DNA from: a virus
Lineage: Duplodnaviria; Caudoviricetes
Length of the DNA: 52,016 nucleotides
IMG/VR virus record: IMGVR_UViG_3300030380_004731
Coordinates: 1 to 52,016 of that record
Strand: one strand, 5' to 3'
Shown: positions 8,826 to 18,283 of the stretch, in pieces
How positions within the stretch are numbered: the stretch's first letter is position 1
Layout: each line of letters opens with the position of its first letter
Position numbers and translations under genes: made by a program
The notes under the pieces: model-generated
Databases searched by the model: none
What the model was told of the DNA's origin: nothing
What the model saw: the letters and a program-made list of their open reading frames with translations, nothing else

Positions 8826-9095
8826 ATGATTCTATCAGAAAAAACAAAACTAACATTTACTATTGGAAATTTTATAACTTTAGTAACAACAGTTTTTTTT
8901 ATTGCAGGCGTATGGTATCACCTAGATGCACAGATAGAAGAGGCAAAGACTCTCCCCAAACAAAATAATGATAAGATTGTACGAGAAACAATCATCCATA
9001 TGGATGCCAATATGCAATATATCAAAGAAGAAATAATTGAGATAAAAGAACGTCTCAATCAAATGGAGGAAAGGCTTTACGAACTTAAAAGATAA
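8826..9095 (+). CDS. Single-TM coiled-coil protein, holin-like
   Basis: TM FTIGNFITLVTTVFFIAGVWY plus coiled-coil tail, directly upstream of the endolysin. Confidence 0.5.
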   Translation: MILSEKTKLTFTIGNFITLVTTVFFIAGVWYHLDAQIEEAKTLPKQNNDKIVRETIIHMDANMQYIKEEIIEIKERLNQMEERLYELKR

Positions 9096-9096
9096 T

Positions 9097-9705
9097 ATGA
9101 CTTTAATTGATAAGATTACCTTAGCCAAGGTACAAGAAGTATTTGCAGAAAAGAAATATGCATTCTTCACCAAAGGAAACTACAACTTAAATATAATAGG
9201 AGTAAGAAGCCCAATCAAAGAAGCAAATAGCTTTGATGATTATATGCTTGTTATATACAAAAAAAATAACAGTTGGGTTATCCATGAGTTTACTATCACT
9301 ACTGATGCAGGATTGTATTGGTTAAAAAACCCTATGAATAAAAAAGGTACAGCACTACTTGTTCCTAATCAGTATAGAAGTACATATAAGATTGATGGTC
9401 ATGGAAGAACAAGATACGAAGCCTTGTGTCAGAGACTCGCAAACGTAGAGGTATATCGTGATGACAACAAGGACAAGATACTTGACTATGATGATGCAAC
9501 AAAAGAGTGGGGGATGTTTGGTATAAACATTCATCGTTCACATCCTTACCATGAGAAAGACACAGTAGATAAATATAGTGCAGGATGTCAGGTCTTTCAA
9601 TCTATATATGAGTACAATGATTTTTTAGCTTTGTGTAATACCTCAGCAAGACTGTATGGTAATAGCTTTACATATACCCTTCTTTTAGAAAGTGATTTAT
9701 TATAA
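9097..9705 (+). CDS. Putative endolysin with L,D-transpeptidase-like (YkuD-type) catalytic motif
   Basis: GINIH-x14-SAGC His/Cys motif; NLNIIGVR...NSFDD; flanked by membrane proteins. Confidence 0.7.
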   Translation: MTLIDKITLAKVQEVFAEKKYAFFTKGNYNLNIIGVRSPIKEANSFDDYMLVIYKKNNSWVIHEFTITTDAGLYWLKNPMNKKGTALLVPNQYRSTYKIDGHGRTRYEALCQRLANVEVYRDDNKDKILDYDDATKEWGMFGINIHRSHPYHEKDTVDKYSAGCQVFQSIYEYNDFLALCNTSARLYGNSFTYTLLLESDLL

Positions 9706-9716
9706 TTAAATTTCGT

Positions 9717-9724
9717 TATCTTTG
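9717..9724 (+). promoter_or_regulatory. Bacteroidota -7 element (TATCTTTG)
   Basis: Intergenic TAnnTTTG, 15 nt before ATG 9740. Confidence 0.65.
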
Positions 9725-9739
9725 TAAAAAGATAATACA

Positions 9740-9979
9740 ATGAAATTAAATAAAGAAGAACTTGAACGACTTCAACAATTAAACAACTCGTTTAATAAAT
9801 TAAAAATAGCTTTAGGAGATCTTGAGATCAAAAGACATTCAATGTTAAGTGAGCTTGATGGACTCAAAGCTATGTTTAGTTCAGAAGAGAAAAAATTTAT
9901 TGATAAATATGGATCCGACTCTGTTATTAATTTACAAACAGGTACGGTGACTAAAAAAGAAACCAATGTCAAAGATTGA
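9740..9979 (+). CDS. Small coiled-coil hypothetical protein
   Basis: 79 aa, helical, ending KYG...INLQTG. Confidence 0.65.
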   Translation: MKLNKEELERLQQLNNSFNKLKIALGDLEIKRHSMLSELDGLKAMFSSEEKKFIDKYGSDSVINLQTGTVTKKETNVKD

Positions 9980-10226
9980 ATCATACGCAAATGCAGGAAC
10001 CCCAACCCTAAGTGATAAACTAATTGGAACGGAAGTTGGAGCAACACCTGTTAATGCAACCAAAAACTTTACCACAACTCAGCTACTAACATTATTTAAT
10101 GCTAATGCTGTACCTGCAAGTGCAGGAGCAACAGGAACAGCAGGTATGATAGCTGCAGATGCCACTCACTTATACATCTGTGTAGCTACTAATACATGGA
10201 AAAGAGTAGCTATATCTACATTTTAA
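9966..10226 (+). CDS. Mini fibre-like virion protein
   Basis: N-terminal adaptor-like DKLIGT...TKNFT and C-terminal GTAGMIAADATHLYICVATNTWKR motif seen in phage fibres. Confidence 0.55.
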   Translation: MSKIESYANAGTPTLSDKLIGTEVGATPVNATKNFTTTQLLTLFNANAVPASAGATGTAGMIAADATHLYICVATNTWKRVAISTF

Positions 10227-10229
10227 AAG

Positions 10230-10454
10230 ATGGATATACGGAAGATTTCAATCGGTCCTGACTATAAGTCGGGAGCCATGCATTATCTTGTAGGGCAGGA
10301 AGTGCTTAATGGATCTTACCGCATTCATTTAATACAGCTAGATAGGGTTAAACATTCGTTTAAAATTTGGATAATAAAGAACAAAGAAGTAGTTTTATGG
10401 AAAGAGTTTACTTCTGATGTTCCGGTATCAATAGAGTATAATATAAACTTTTAA
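10230..10454 (+). CDS. Hypothetical protein
   Basis: 74-aa ORF tightly packed in the operon. Confidence 0.65.
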   Translation: MDIRKISIGPDYKSGAMHYLVGQEVLNGSYRIHLIQLDRVKHSFKIWIIKNKEVVLWKEFTSDVPVSIEYNINF

Positions 10455-10456
10455 TT

Positions 10457-10645
10457 ATGAAAACACGAATAATATCAAATTATGTAACAACTATTATTGG
10501 GTTGTTAATTATGGCATTTTGCCTAGTAATGATTTACACAGAGAAAGCAGACAGCACTGAGATGAGTGGATGGCTAGCAGTATCTTTGTTGTTCTTACGA
10601 TCTAAAGATTCTTTAATTGCTCTACCTAAAGATGGAGAAAAATAA
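10457..10645 (+). CDS. Two-TM holin-like protein
   Basis: 62 aa, two hydrophobic helices, charged C-terminus. Confidence 0.55.
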   Translation: MKTRIISNYVTTIIGLLIMAFCLVMIYTEKADSTEMSGWLAVSLLFLRSKDSLIALPKDGEK

Positions 10646-11345
10646 AGATGACATACTTACTATACGCAATATAATAATAGCGATATTAATTATCTTGTTG
10701 TGCATGAGCGGATGCTCTGCAATAAGAAATTATAATAAACTCAAAGACTACGAAAAGCAAATTGAAAAGTTTCAGCTACACGAACAGGAGTTTGAACTTA
10801 TACAAGATAATAACGGTAAGTTAATTGCTCAACAAGAGCAAGTAATATTAACACAAAAACAGGCTATCAAAAATGGATTGGTAGCCTATGTTGATTTAAA
10901 GAATATACAAAGTCAAGTAAGAGTTAGAACTGTAACTAAGTTAGACAGTGTATTCATCCCTTTTATTAAGGATAGTCTTGTTACACAACGTGACACAATT
11001 TATATAGATACTAATCAGCACATTGCAGATTTAACTACTCCTAAGCAATTTAAAATATCAAGAGAGTTTTTTAATATAGGTGGACACATCAAACCATTTG
11101 GGGTAGTGTTGGATAGCTTAAATATATTTAATCAAACCAATGTAAGTGTTGGTATGAAGTCGCAAGGGTTTTTTAAAAAACCATTGCCTGTTGTAAAGGT
11201 AGAGCATTCTAATCCTTACATTAAAACAATAGGATTAAGCAACGTAATAATAAAAGATGAAAAGAAGTTCTATGATCGAAAATTATTTTGGTTCGGATTA
11301 GGACTTGTTAGTGGTGTTACAACTACTATTTTTATAACTAAATAA
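10632..11345 (+). CDS. Candidate unimolecular spanin
   Basis: N-terminal hydrophobic signal ending LCMSGC, beta-rich middle, C-terminal TM KLFWFGLGLVSGVTTTIFI; in lysis cluster. Confidence 0.5.
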   Translation: MEKNKDDILTIRNIIIAILIILLCMSGCSAIRNYNKLKDYEKQIEKFQLHEQEFELIQDNNGKLIAQQEQVILTQKQAIKNGLVAYVDLKNIQSQVRVRTVTKLDSVFIPFIKDSLVTQRDTIYIDTNQHIADLTTPKQFKISREFFNIGGHIKPFGVVLDSLNIFNQTNVSVGMKSQGFFKKPLPVVKVEHSNPYIKTIGLSNVIIKDEKKFYDRKLFWFGLGLVSGVTTTIFITK

Positions 11346-11351
11346 AATTAA

Positions 11352-11915
11352 ATGCAATCACCTGACAGGTTTATAGTTCGTCCTATAAAAGGGAAGAGGT
11401 ATAACAATACTAAAGATATTGGAGGGTTAGAGTTTATTACTAGTACCTCTGAAGAAGATTTTAAGTTCTCTAATAGAGAGGCTGAAGTAATGTCTGTTCC
11501 TTTAAATTATAAAGGAGAGATAGAGAAAGGAGATGTTTTACTTGTTCATCACAATGTCTTTAAGTTTTATAACGACATGAAAGGCAGGAGGCAAAGTGGT
11601 AGGAGTTTTTTTAAGGATGATTTATTTTTTATTGAAGACGAACAGTTCTATATGTATAAAAAGAATGGCAAGTGGAAAGCTCATGGAAGGAATTGTTTTA
11701 TAAAACCATCTGCAGTAAAGAAAAGTTTTATAGATAAGCCGGGTGAGTATGAGCCTTTAATAGGAACAGTGAAATATATTAATGAAGAGTTAATAAAGTT
11801 AGGAGTAAAAGAAGGAGATGAGATTTCATTTCAACCTGAAAGTGAATATGAGTTTAGAGTAGATGATGAGATTTTATATAGGATGTTTACAAATAACATT
11901 ACATTTATAGTATAG
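11352..11915 (+). CDS. Co-chaperonin GroES-like protein with two tandem domains
   Basis: FIVRP..GG..AEVMSVP..IEKGDVLL and CFIKP..GTVKY..GVKEGDEISF..YEFRVDDEILY; two GroES-like halves. Confidence 0.65.
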   Translation: MQSPDRFIVRPIKGKRYNNTKDIGGLEFITSTSEEDFKFSNREAEVMSVPLNYKGEIEKGDVLLVHHNVFKFYNDMKGRRQSGRSFFKDDLFFIEDEQFYMYKKNGKWKAHGRNCFIKPSAVKKSFIDKPGEYEPLIGTVKYINEELIKLGVKEGDEISFQPESEYEFRVDDEILYRMFTNNITFIV

Positions 11916-11916
11916 A

Positions 11917-12207
11917 ATGGATACTTTTGAGATATTAACACAGTATGGAGTGTTAGGTATATGGGTTCTATATGCTATTACACGTGAGCGTTGGTTGCTC
12001 AGAAAGATTGAGGAAATATCTGAAAGGTCCACAAGAGAACGTGAGACATGGCATGAAGAAAGAGAATCATATATTAAAGAGATTGCTATGATACGTCTTG
12101 AAGAAAGAAATGCTTTTATAAGACAGGTGCAAAAAATATTAAATGACAACAATGGAATCAAATCAACTCAAACTAAAAATAATAGAGGCAGGAAAAAAAG
12201 CAGTTAA
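11917..12207 (+). CDS. BhlA/UviB-like single-TM holin-like protein
   Basis: ILTQYGVLGIWVLY TM followed by charged coiled coil (ERESY). Confidence 0.5.
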   Translation: MDTFEILTQYGVLGIWVLYAITRERWLLRKIEEISERSTRERETWHEERESYIKEIAMIRLEERNAFIRQVQKILNDNNGIKSTQTKNNRGRKKSS

Positions 12208-12433
12208 AGAATTAATAAAAGTTGCTCAAGAAGAAATAATAAAGCCTGACCCTGAAGATGAGCTTGCTGCAGATAGATTAAAGAATGCTGCGGCTACAAA
12301 GAAACTAGCCATCATAGATGCGTTTGATATATTAAAACGTATAGATGAAGAGAAAGAAAAATTAGATTACGAAGGAACAGGAACAAAACGAACAGACACA
12401 AAACAAGGATTTGCAGAGCGAAGATCAAAATAG
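12143..12433 (+). CDS. Putative terminase small subunit
   Basis: Small helical protein overlapping the TerL start; positional inference. Confidence 0.45.
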   Translation: MTTMESNQLKLKIIEAGKKAVKELIKVAQEEIIKPDPEDELAADRLKNAAATKKLAIIDAFDILKRIDEEKEKLDYEGTGTKRTDTKQGFAERRSK

Positions 12434-14657
12434 TTTATACAGAGTAGTAAAGGATTATATCCCTGCTAAAAAAATAGCTCGTTATAACAAGCTAAAGAAG
12501 TGGGACTATGGATATAATAAAGATTATGACGTAGTTATTATTTCTAAGAATGGAACTATTGGTGAGATTATTTGTATTAGTGGTTTGTATATAGCCCTTC
12601 CTTCTGTTCCTAGTAAAGTGTATTCAAGAAGTAAAAAAACAAGCGAACAATATTGGGAAAGAAAAAATTATGATCGTAGTTTAAGCAGAATCAATTCTAT
12701 ATTTCAATGGAATGAAATGCCAAGAGACTTTAAGGATAAGTGGGTAGACTACATTGAAGAAGAGTTTGACAGCAGAGATTACGGACATTGGTTTAAAAAC
12801 AATGGAACACCTACTTATATTACAGGAGCACACTATATGTATTTACAGTGGACAAAGATTGATGTAGGTTATCCTGACTACAGAGAAGCTAATAGAATAT
12901 TCTTTATATATTGGGAGGCTTGTAAAGCTGATAAGAGATGCTTTGGAATGATATACTTAAAGATAAGACGTTCAGGTTTTTCATTCATGGGTTCAGCAGA
13001 AGCTGTCAATACAGCAACTATTGCAAGAGATTCAAGAGTAGGTATTTTGTCTAAAACGGGAGCAGATGCAAAGAAGATGTTTACCGATAAGGTAGTTCCT
13101 ATATCTCATCACTTGCCTTTCTTTTTTAAACCTATTCAAGATGGTATGGACAAACCAAAGACTGAATTAGCCTACAGGGTTCCTGCCTCTAAGATTACAA
13201 AAAAGAATATGTATGATGTAGATAACGAGGAGATTCAAGGACTTGACACTACAATAGATTGGAAGAATACTGATGACAACTCTTATGATGGTGAGAAGTT
13301 GTTACTACTTGTACATGATGAGAGTGGTAAATGGCTAAAGCCTAACAATATATTAAATAATTGGAGGGTAACTAAAACTTGTTTAAGGTTGGGTAGTAAG
13401 ATAATTGGAAAGTGCATGATGGGATCTACATCAAATGCCTTAAGTAAAGGGGGTGGTACTTTTAAAAAACTATATGAAGACTCTAATGTATTGAAAAGAA
13501 ACTCCAATGGTATGACAAAGAGTGGTATGTATTCTTTATTTATTCCTATGGAGTGGAACATGGAGGGTTTTATAGATAGATATGGATGTCCTGTATTTAG
13601 AACACCTAAGACACCGATAAGAGGAGTGGATGATGAGATGATTGACTTTGGTGCAGTAAACTATTGGGAGAACGAGGTCACATCTTTAAAGAGTGACCCT
13701 GATGCACTTAATGAATTTTATAGACAGTTTCCTAGAACAGAGTCTCATGCCTTTAGAGATGAAAGTAAATCTTCTTTATTTAATCTTACTAAGATATATC
13801 AGCAGATAGATTACAATGATTCATTGATACAAGATCACCATACAACAAGAGGATCGTTTCATTGGTTGAATGGAGAGAAAGATACTAAGGTAGTATTTAG
13901 TCCTGATAAGAGAGGCAGGTTCCTTGTAAGTTGGACTCCTGAGAAAGCCTTACAAAATAGAATCATCGTTAAGAATGGAATTAAATATCCTGCCAATGAA
14001 CATCTAGGTGCGTTTGGGTGTGACTCGTATGATATATCAGGAGTAGTGGGTGGCGGTGGATCTAATGGTGCGTTACATGGTGTAACTAAATTTAATATGG
14101 ACAATGCTCCAAGCAATGAGTTTTTCTTACAGTATGTTGCACGACCACAAACGGCTGAGATATTCTTTGAAGAAGTATTAATGGCTTGTGTGTTTTATGG
14201 TATGCCAATACTTGCAGAGAATAATAAACCAAGAATACTTTATCATTTTAAGAATAGAGGTTATCGAGGATTCTCTATGAATAGACCTGATAAAGTTTAT
14301 ACGAAGCTCTCTAAGACCGAAAGAGAACTCGGAGGAATACCTAACACCTCTGAAGATGTAAAACAATCTCACGCAGCAGCTATTGAGTCTTATATTGAAA
14401 AGTATGTAGGCATAGACATGGAGGGAACATATAGGGACAGTGATGCAATGGGATCAATGATATTCACAAGGACATTGGAAGATTGGGCAAGATTTGATAT
14501 AAATAATAGAACAAGATATGATGCGACAATAAGCTCAGGACTAGCTGTAATGGCTATTCAAAAACACTTATATCAACCTGAGAAAAAAGAGTCAAAAATA
14601 AGCATTAACTTTGCAAGGTATAATAACAAGGGAAGAACAAGCGAATTAATAAGATAG
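12411..14657 (+). CDS. terL: Terminase large subunit
   Basis: Walker A-like LKIRRSGFS, Walker B LLVHDESGKW, coupling motif GST, nuclease GCDSYD, LAENN, YDATISSG. Confidence 0.9.
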   Translation: MQSEDQNSLYRVVKDYIPAKKIARYNKLKKWDYGYNKDYDVVIISKNGTIGEIICISGLYIALPSVPSKVYSRSKKTSEQYWERKNYDRSLSRINSIFQWNEMPRDFKDKWVDYIEEEFDSRDYGHWFKNNGTPTYITGAHYMYLQWTKIDVGYPDYREANRIFFIYWEACKADKRCFGMIYLKIRRSGFSFMGSAEAVNTATIARDSRVGILSKTGADAKKMFTDKVVPISHHLPFFFKPIQDGMDKPKTELAYRVPASKITKKNMYDVDNEEIQGLDTTIDWKNTDDNSYDGEKLLLLVHDESGKWLKPNNILNNWRVTKTCLRLGSKIIGKCMMGSTSNALSKGGGTFKKLYEDSNVLKRNSNGMTKSGMYSLFIPMEWNMEGFIDRYGCPVFRTPKTPIRGVDDEMIDFGAVNYWENEVTSLKSDPDALNEFYRQFPRTESHAFRDESKSSLFNLTKIYQQIDYNDSLIQDHHTTRGSFHWLNGEKDTKVVFSPDKRGRFLVSWTPEKALQNRIIVKNGIKYPANEHLGAFGCDSYDISGVVGGGGSNGALHGVTKFNMDNAPSNEFFLQYVARPQTAEIFFEEVLMACVFYGMPILAENNKPRILYHFKNRGYRGFSMNRPDKVYTKLSKTERELGGIPNTSEDVKQSHAAAIESYIEKYVGIDMEGTYRDSDAMGSMIFTRTLEDWARFDINNRTRYDATISSGLAVMAIQKHLYQPEKKESKISINFARYNNKGRTSELIR
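14606..14613 (+). promoter_or_regulatory. Bacteroidota -7 element (TAACTTTG) upstream of portal
   Basis: TAnnTTTG within the 3' end of terL, 44 nt before the portal ATG. Confidence 0.4.
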
Positions 14658-17093
14658 ATGAAAGACGTTAAGATAAATATATCCTCAGCAGGATTTCCAA
14701 ATCAGTTTGTATCTGATGCGGAAAAAGCAACCGATCAATATGGATTACAAATCGGTCAAGCCATTCAGTATGAGTGGTTTAGAAAAGACGGAAGCCAATG
14801 TAGATTTTACAATCAGTTTGCAAACTTTAATAGATTAAGGTTGTATGCTAGAGGTGAACAGTCAATAGCTAAATATAAAAATGAAATAGCTGTTGATGGT
14901 GACTTATCTTATTTGAATCTTGATTGGACTCCCGTCCCTATACTCCCTAAGTTTGTAGATATAGTTGTTAATGGTATGGCAGATAGACTATTTAAAGTTA
15001 ATGCTTACGCACAAGATGCTGTGTCTCAAGCTAAAAGAAGTAAGTATCAGGAGATGGTAGAATCTCAAATGAATGCTAGAGATATACTAAGCCTAGTTAA
15101 AGAAGAATCAGGAGTTGATCCTTTTATTATGCCTGAAGAAGAACTACCAAAAACAGATGAGGAGCTTAGTTTATTTATGCAAGTTAACTACAAGCCTGCA
15201 ATAGAGATAGCTGAAGAAGAAGCTATTGACACCTTGCTTGAAGCCAACCACTATCAAGACCTAAGAAAAAGATGCGACTATGACCAAATGGTATTAGGTG
15301 TATCTATGGCAAAGCATGAGTTTTTACCGGGAGCAGGAGTGAAGGTGTCTTATGTAGATCCGGCTAATGTGGTATATAGCTATACTGAGGACCCTCACTT
15401 TAAAGATTGTTTCTATTGGGGTGAGATTAAAACACTTCCTATAACAGAGCTTTTAAAAATTGATCAAGACCTAACTAATGAAGACTTAGAGGAAATAAGC
15501 AGTCATAGTCAAAATTGGTATAACTATTATAATGTTGCTCAGTTCTATGAGAACAGTTTATTCTATAAAGATACTTGTACTTTATTATATTTTAATTATA
15601 AGACCACTCAAAAGACTGTATATAAAAAGAAATACTTTGAAGGAGGAGGAAGCAAAGTAATTGAGAAGGATGATAGCTTCAACCCACCTGCAGAAATGAT
15701 GGAAGAGGGTAAGTTTGAAAAGATAGAGAAGACTATTGATGTGTGGTATGAAGGGGTAATGGTAATGGGTACTAATATTATATTAAAGTGGGAGCTTGCA
15801 AAGAACATGGTTCGCCCTAAGTCTGCAACTCAACACGCTATACCTAATTATATTGCTGTAGCACCACGAATGTATAAAGGAAACATTGAGTCTCTTGTAA
15901 GAAGAATGATTCCATTTGCTGACTTAATTCAAATAACTCATTTAAAAATACAACAAGTATTGTCGAGAGTAGTTCCTGATGGTGTATTTATAGATGCGGA
16001 TGGATTGAATGAAGTAGATCTTGGAACAGGAAATGCTTATAATCCTGAAGATGCTCTGAGGTTATACTTTCAAACGGGTAGTGTAATAGGTAGAAGCTAT
16101 ACTCAAGATGGTGAGTTTAATCAAGCAAGAGTGCCTATCCAAGAATTAAATAGTAACTCAGGAAGCGGAAAGTTAAATATGTTGGTTAACAACTACAACC
16201 ATTACTTAAACATGATAAGGGATGTAACAGGGTTAAATGAAGCAAGAGATGGCTCATCCCCTAATCCTAATTCATTAGTTGGTTTACAAAAACTTGCAGC
16301 GTTAAGTTCTAATACAGCAACACGCCATATCCTAAACAGCAGTTTATATATGATGAGAACTTTAGCTGAAGGACTTACATATAGAGTAGCAGACATATTA
16401 GAGTATGCTGACTTTGCTGATGAGTTCGCAAATCAAATAGGTAAGTATAATGTAGCGAGACTTGAAGATATAAAAGATCTTTACATATATGACTTTGGTA
16501 TTTTTATAGAGGTTAGTCCTGATGAAGAAGAGAAAGCTATGCTTGAGCAAAACATTCAGATGGCATTGTCTCAAAAAGATATTAACCTTGAGGATGCTAT
16601 TGACATTAGAGAAGTTAAAAACATAAAACTTGCTACTCAACTATTAAAGGTTAAAAGAAAGCAGAAGCAAGAGCACGATGACTTTATGGCTATGCAGGCA
16701 CAACAGATGCAAGCACAGCAACAGATGCAAATACAGCAGATGGCTGCACAGTCCGCACAAGAAAAGATTCAGGCTGAAACACAATCTAAGATTCAAATCA
16801 AAGAAGCTGAGATACAGTTCGAGGTTCAGAAGATGCAGGCTGAAGCACAACTTAAACGTCAGCTAATGGCTGAAGAGTTCGCTTACAATCAAGAGCTAAG
16901 AGGAATGAGTGAAACTGCTTTACAAGAAAGAGAAAGCCAAAGAGAGGTAGCTAAGTCTGATAGGATAACACAACAGAACAATCAACAGTCTAAATTGATC
17001 AATCAAAGGAAGAATAATTTACCCCCTCAAACCTTTGAATCTAATGAAGATAGTTTAGATGGATTTGACCTTGCAGAGTTTTCTCCAAGGTAG
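14658..17093 (+). CDS. Portal protein (segment B)
   Basis: 811 aa directly after TerL; PILPKFVDIVVNG, IRDVTGLNEARDG, DFGIFIE and a Gln-rich C-terminal coiled-coil barrel as in P22/crAss-type portals. Confidence 0.85.
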   Translation: MKDVKINISSAGFPNQFVSDAEKATDQYGLQIGQAIQYEWFRKDGSQCRFYNQFANFNRLRLYARGEQSIAKYKNEIAVDGDLSYLNLDWTPVPILPKFVDIVVNGMADRLFKVNAYAQDAVSQAKRSKYQEMVESQMNARDILSLVKEESGVDPFIMPEEELPKTDEELSLFMQVNYKPAIEIAEEEAIDTLLEANHYQDLRKRCDYDQMVLGVSMAKHEFLPGAGVKVSYVDPANVVYSYTEDPHFKDCFYWGEIKTLPITELLKIDQDLTNEDLEEISSHSQNWYNYYNVAQFYENSLFYKDTCTLLYFNYKTTQKTVYKKKYFEGGGSKVIEKDDSFNPPAEMMEEGKFEKIEKTIDVWYEGVMVMGTNIILKWELAKNMVRPKSATQHAIPNYIAVAPRMYKGNIESLVRRMIPFADLIQITHLKIQQVLSRVVPDGVFIDADGLNEVDLGTGNAYNPEDALRLYFQTGSVIGRSYTQDGEFNQARVPIQELNSNSGSGKLNMLVNNYNHYLNMIRDVTGLNEARDGSSPNPNSLVGLQKLAALSSNTATRHILNSSLYMMRTLAEGLTYRVADILEYADFADEFANQIGKYNVARLEDIKDLYIYDFGIFIEVSPDEEEKAMLEQNIQMALSQKDINLEDAIDIREVKNIKLATQLLKVKRKQKQEHDDFMAMQAQQMQAQQQMQIQQMAAQSAQEKIQAETQSKIQIKEAEIQFEVQKMQAEAQLKRQLMAEEFAYNQELRGMSETALQERESQREVAKSDRITQQNNQQSKLINQRKNNLPPQTFESNEDSLDGFDLAEFSPR

Positions 17094-17119
17094 CTTAATT
17101 AAGTTGTGTTTTTTTTGTT

Positions 17120-17127
17120 TAACTTTG
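17120..17127 (+). promoter_or_regulatory. Bacteroidota -7 element (TAACTTTG)
   Basis: Intergenic, 17 nt before scaffold ATG 17145. Confidence 0.65.
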
Positions 17128-17144
17128 TAGTAAAATTTAATTAA

Positions 17145-18260
17145 ATGGAAATAAAAGTAAAAGCAATAGAAGGGAGTGGAGAAAAAAGCACTCAAGAAGT
17201 AGAAAAAGAATTACTTGAAAAGCACGAAGAACAATTTGAAGACTCTTCAGTTCAAGTGCAAGAAAAAACGGAAACTCCTGTAGAGGAAGTTCCACAAGTT
17301 GAATCGAAAGAGGAAACAAAAGAAGAAGCATCCTTAACGGATGATGACGTTCTTTCATATATTGAGAATAGGTACGGAAAGAAAATCAATTCATTTGATG
17401 AGTTGATGACAGAGCGTGAGACATCAGAAGAATTACCTGAAGATGTAGCAGCTTACTTTAAGTACAAAAAAGATACAGGTCGTGGCATTGAAGATTATGT
17501 TAAGTTACAGCAAGACTTTGATTCAATGGAAAGCGACCATTTGTTAGCTGAATACTATATGGCTACAGAAGAAGGTTTAGACCGAGAAGATGTAGAAGAT
17601 ATGGTAGATGAGTTTTCGTATGACGAAGAAATTGATGACGAGAAAGACATCAAGAAAATGAAGCTATCAAAGAAAAAAGAAATTGCAAAGGCTAAGAAGT
17701 TTTTCAATGAGCGGAAGGAAATGTATAAACAACCCCTTGAGTCAAGTACGGTTGGAATGTCTGATGAAGCCAAGAAACAACTAGAAGAGTACAAGCAATA
17801 TGTAGACAATGCAAAGTCGTATGAAGAGGAGAACAAGCGTAAGAGCGAGTGGTTCGTAAAGAAGACAGATGAAGTGTTTGACAATGAGTTCAAAGGTTTT
17901 GAGTTCAAGTTAGATGACCGAAGCGTTACTTACTCTCCTGCAGATGCAGCAGAACTAAAGAAGTCACAGATGACTCCAATGAATTTTGTAAATAAATACT
18001 TGGATGAAAATGGACTAATGAAGGATGCGACAGGATACCACCGAGCACTATCTATAGCTATGAACCCTGAGAGGTTTGCTAAGTTCTTTTATGAGCAAGG
18101 TAAATCAGAAGCGGTAGACGGAGTGATGCGTAAACAAAAGAATGTCAACATGACAACACGCAAATCACCTGAGACTGTTAACAAAGGGGGATTACAAATT
18201 AAAGCTATGAATCCTGATTCAGGACGAGGGCTTAAAATTAGAAGTATAAAAAGAAAATAA
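17145..18260 (+). CDS. Putative scaffolding protein (segment B)
   Basis: Very acidic helical protein between portal and capsid gene. Confidence 0.6.
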   Translation: MEIKVKAIEGSGEKSTQEVEKELLEKHEEQFEDSSVQVQEKTETPVEEVPQVESKEETKEEASLTDDDVLSYIENRYGKKINSFDELMTERETSEELPEDVAAYFKYKKDTGRGIEDYVKLQQDFDSMESDHLLAEYYMATEEGLDREDVEDMVDEFSYDEEIDDEKDIKKMKLSKKKEIAKAKKFFNERKEMYKQPLESSTVGMSDEAKKQLEEYKQYVDNAKSYEEENKRKSEWFVKKTDEVFDNEFKGFEFKLDDRSVTYSPADAAELKKSQMTPMNFVNKYLDENGLMKDATGYHRALSIAMNPERFAKFFYEQGKSEAVDGVMRKQKNVNMTTRKSPETVNKGGLQIKAMNPDSGRGLKIRSIKRK

Positions 18261-18283
18261 AAACAATTTAAAAATTAAAAAAA

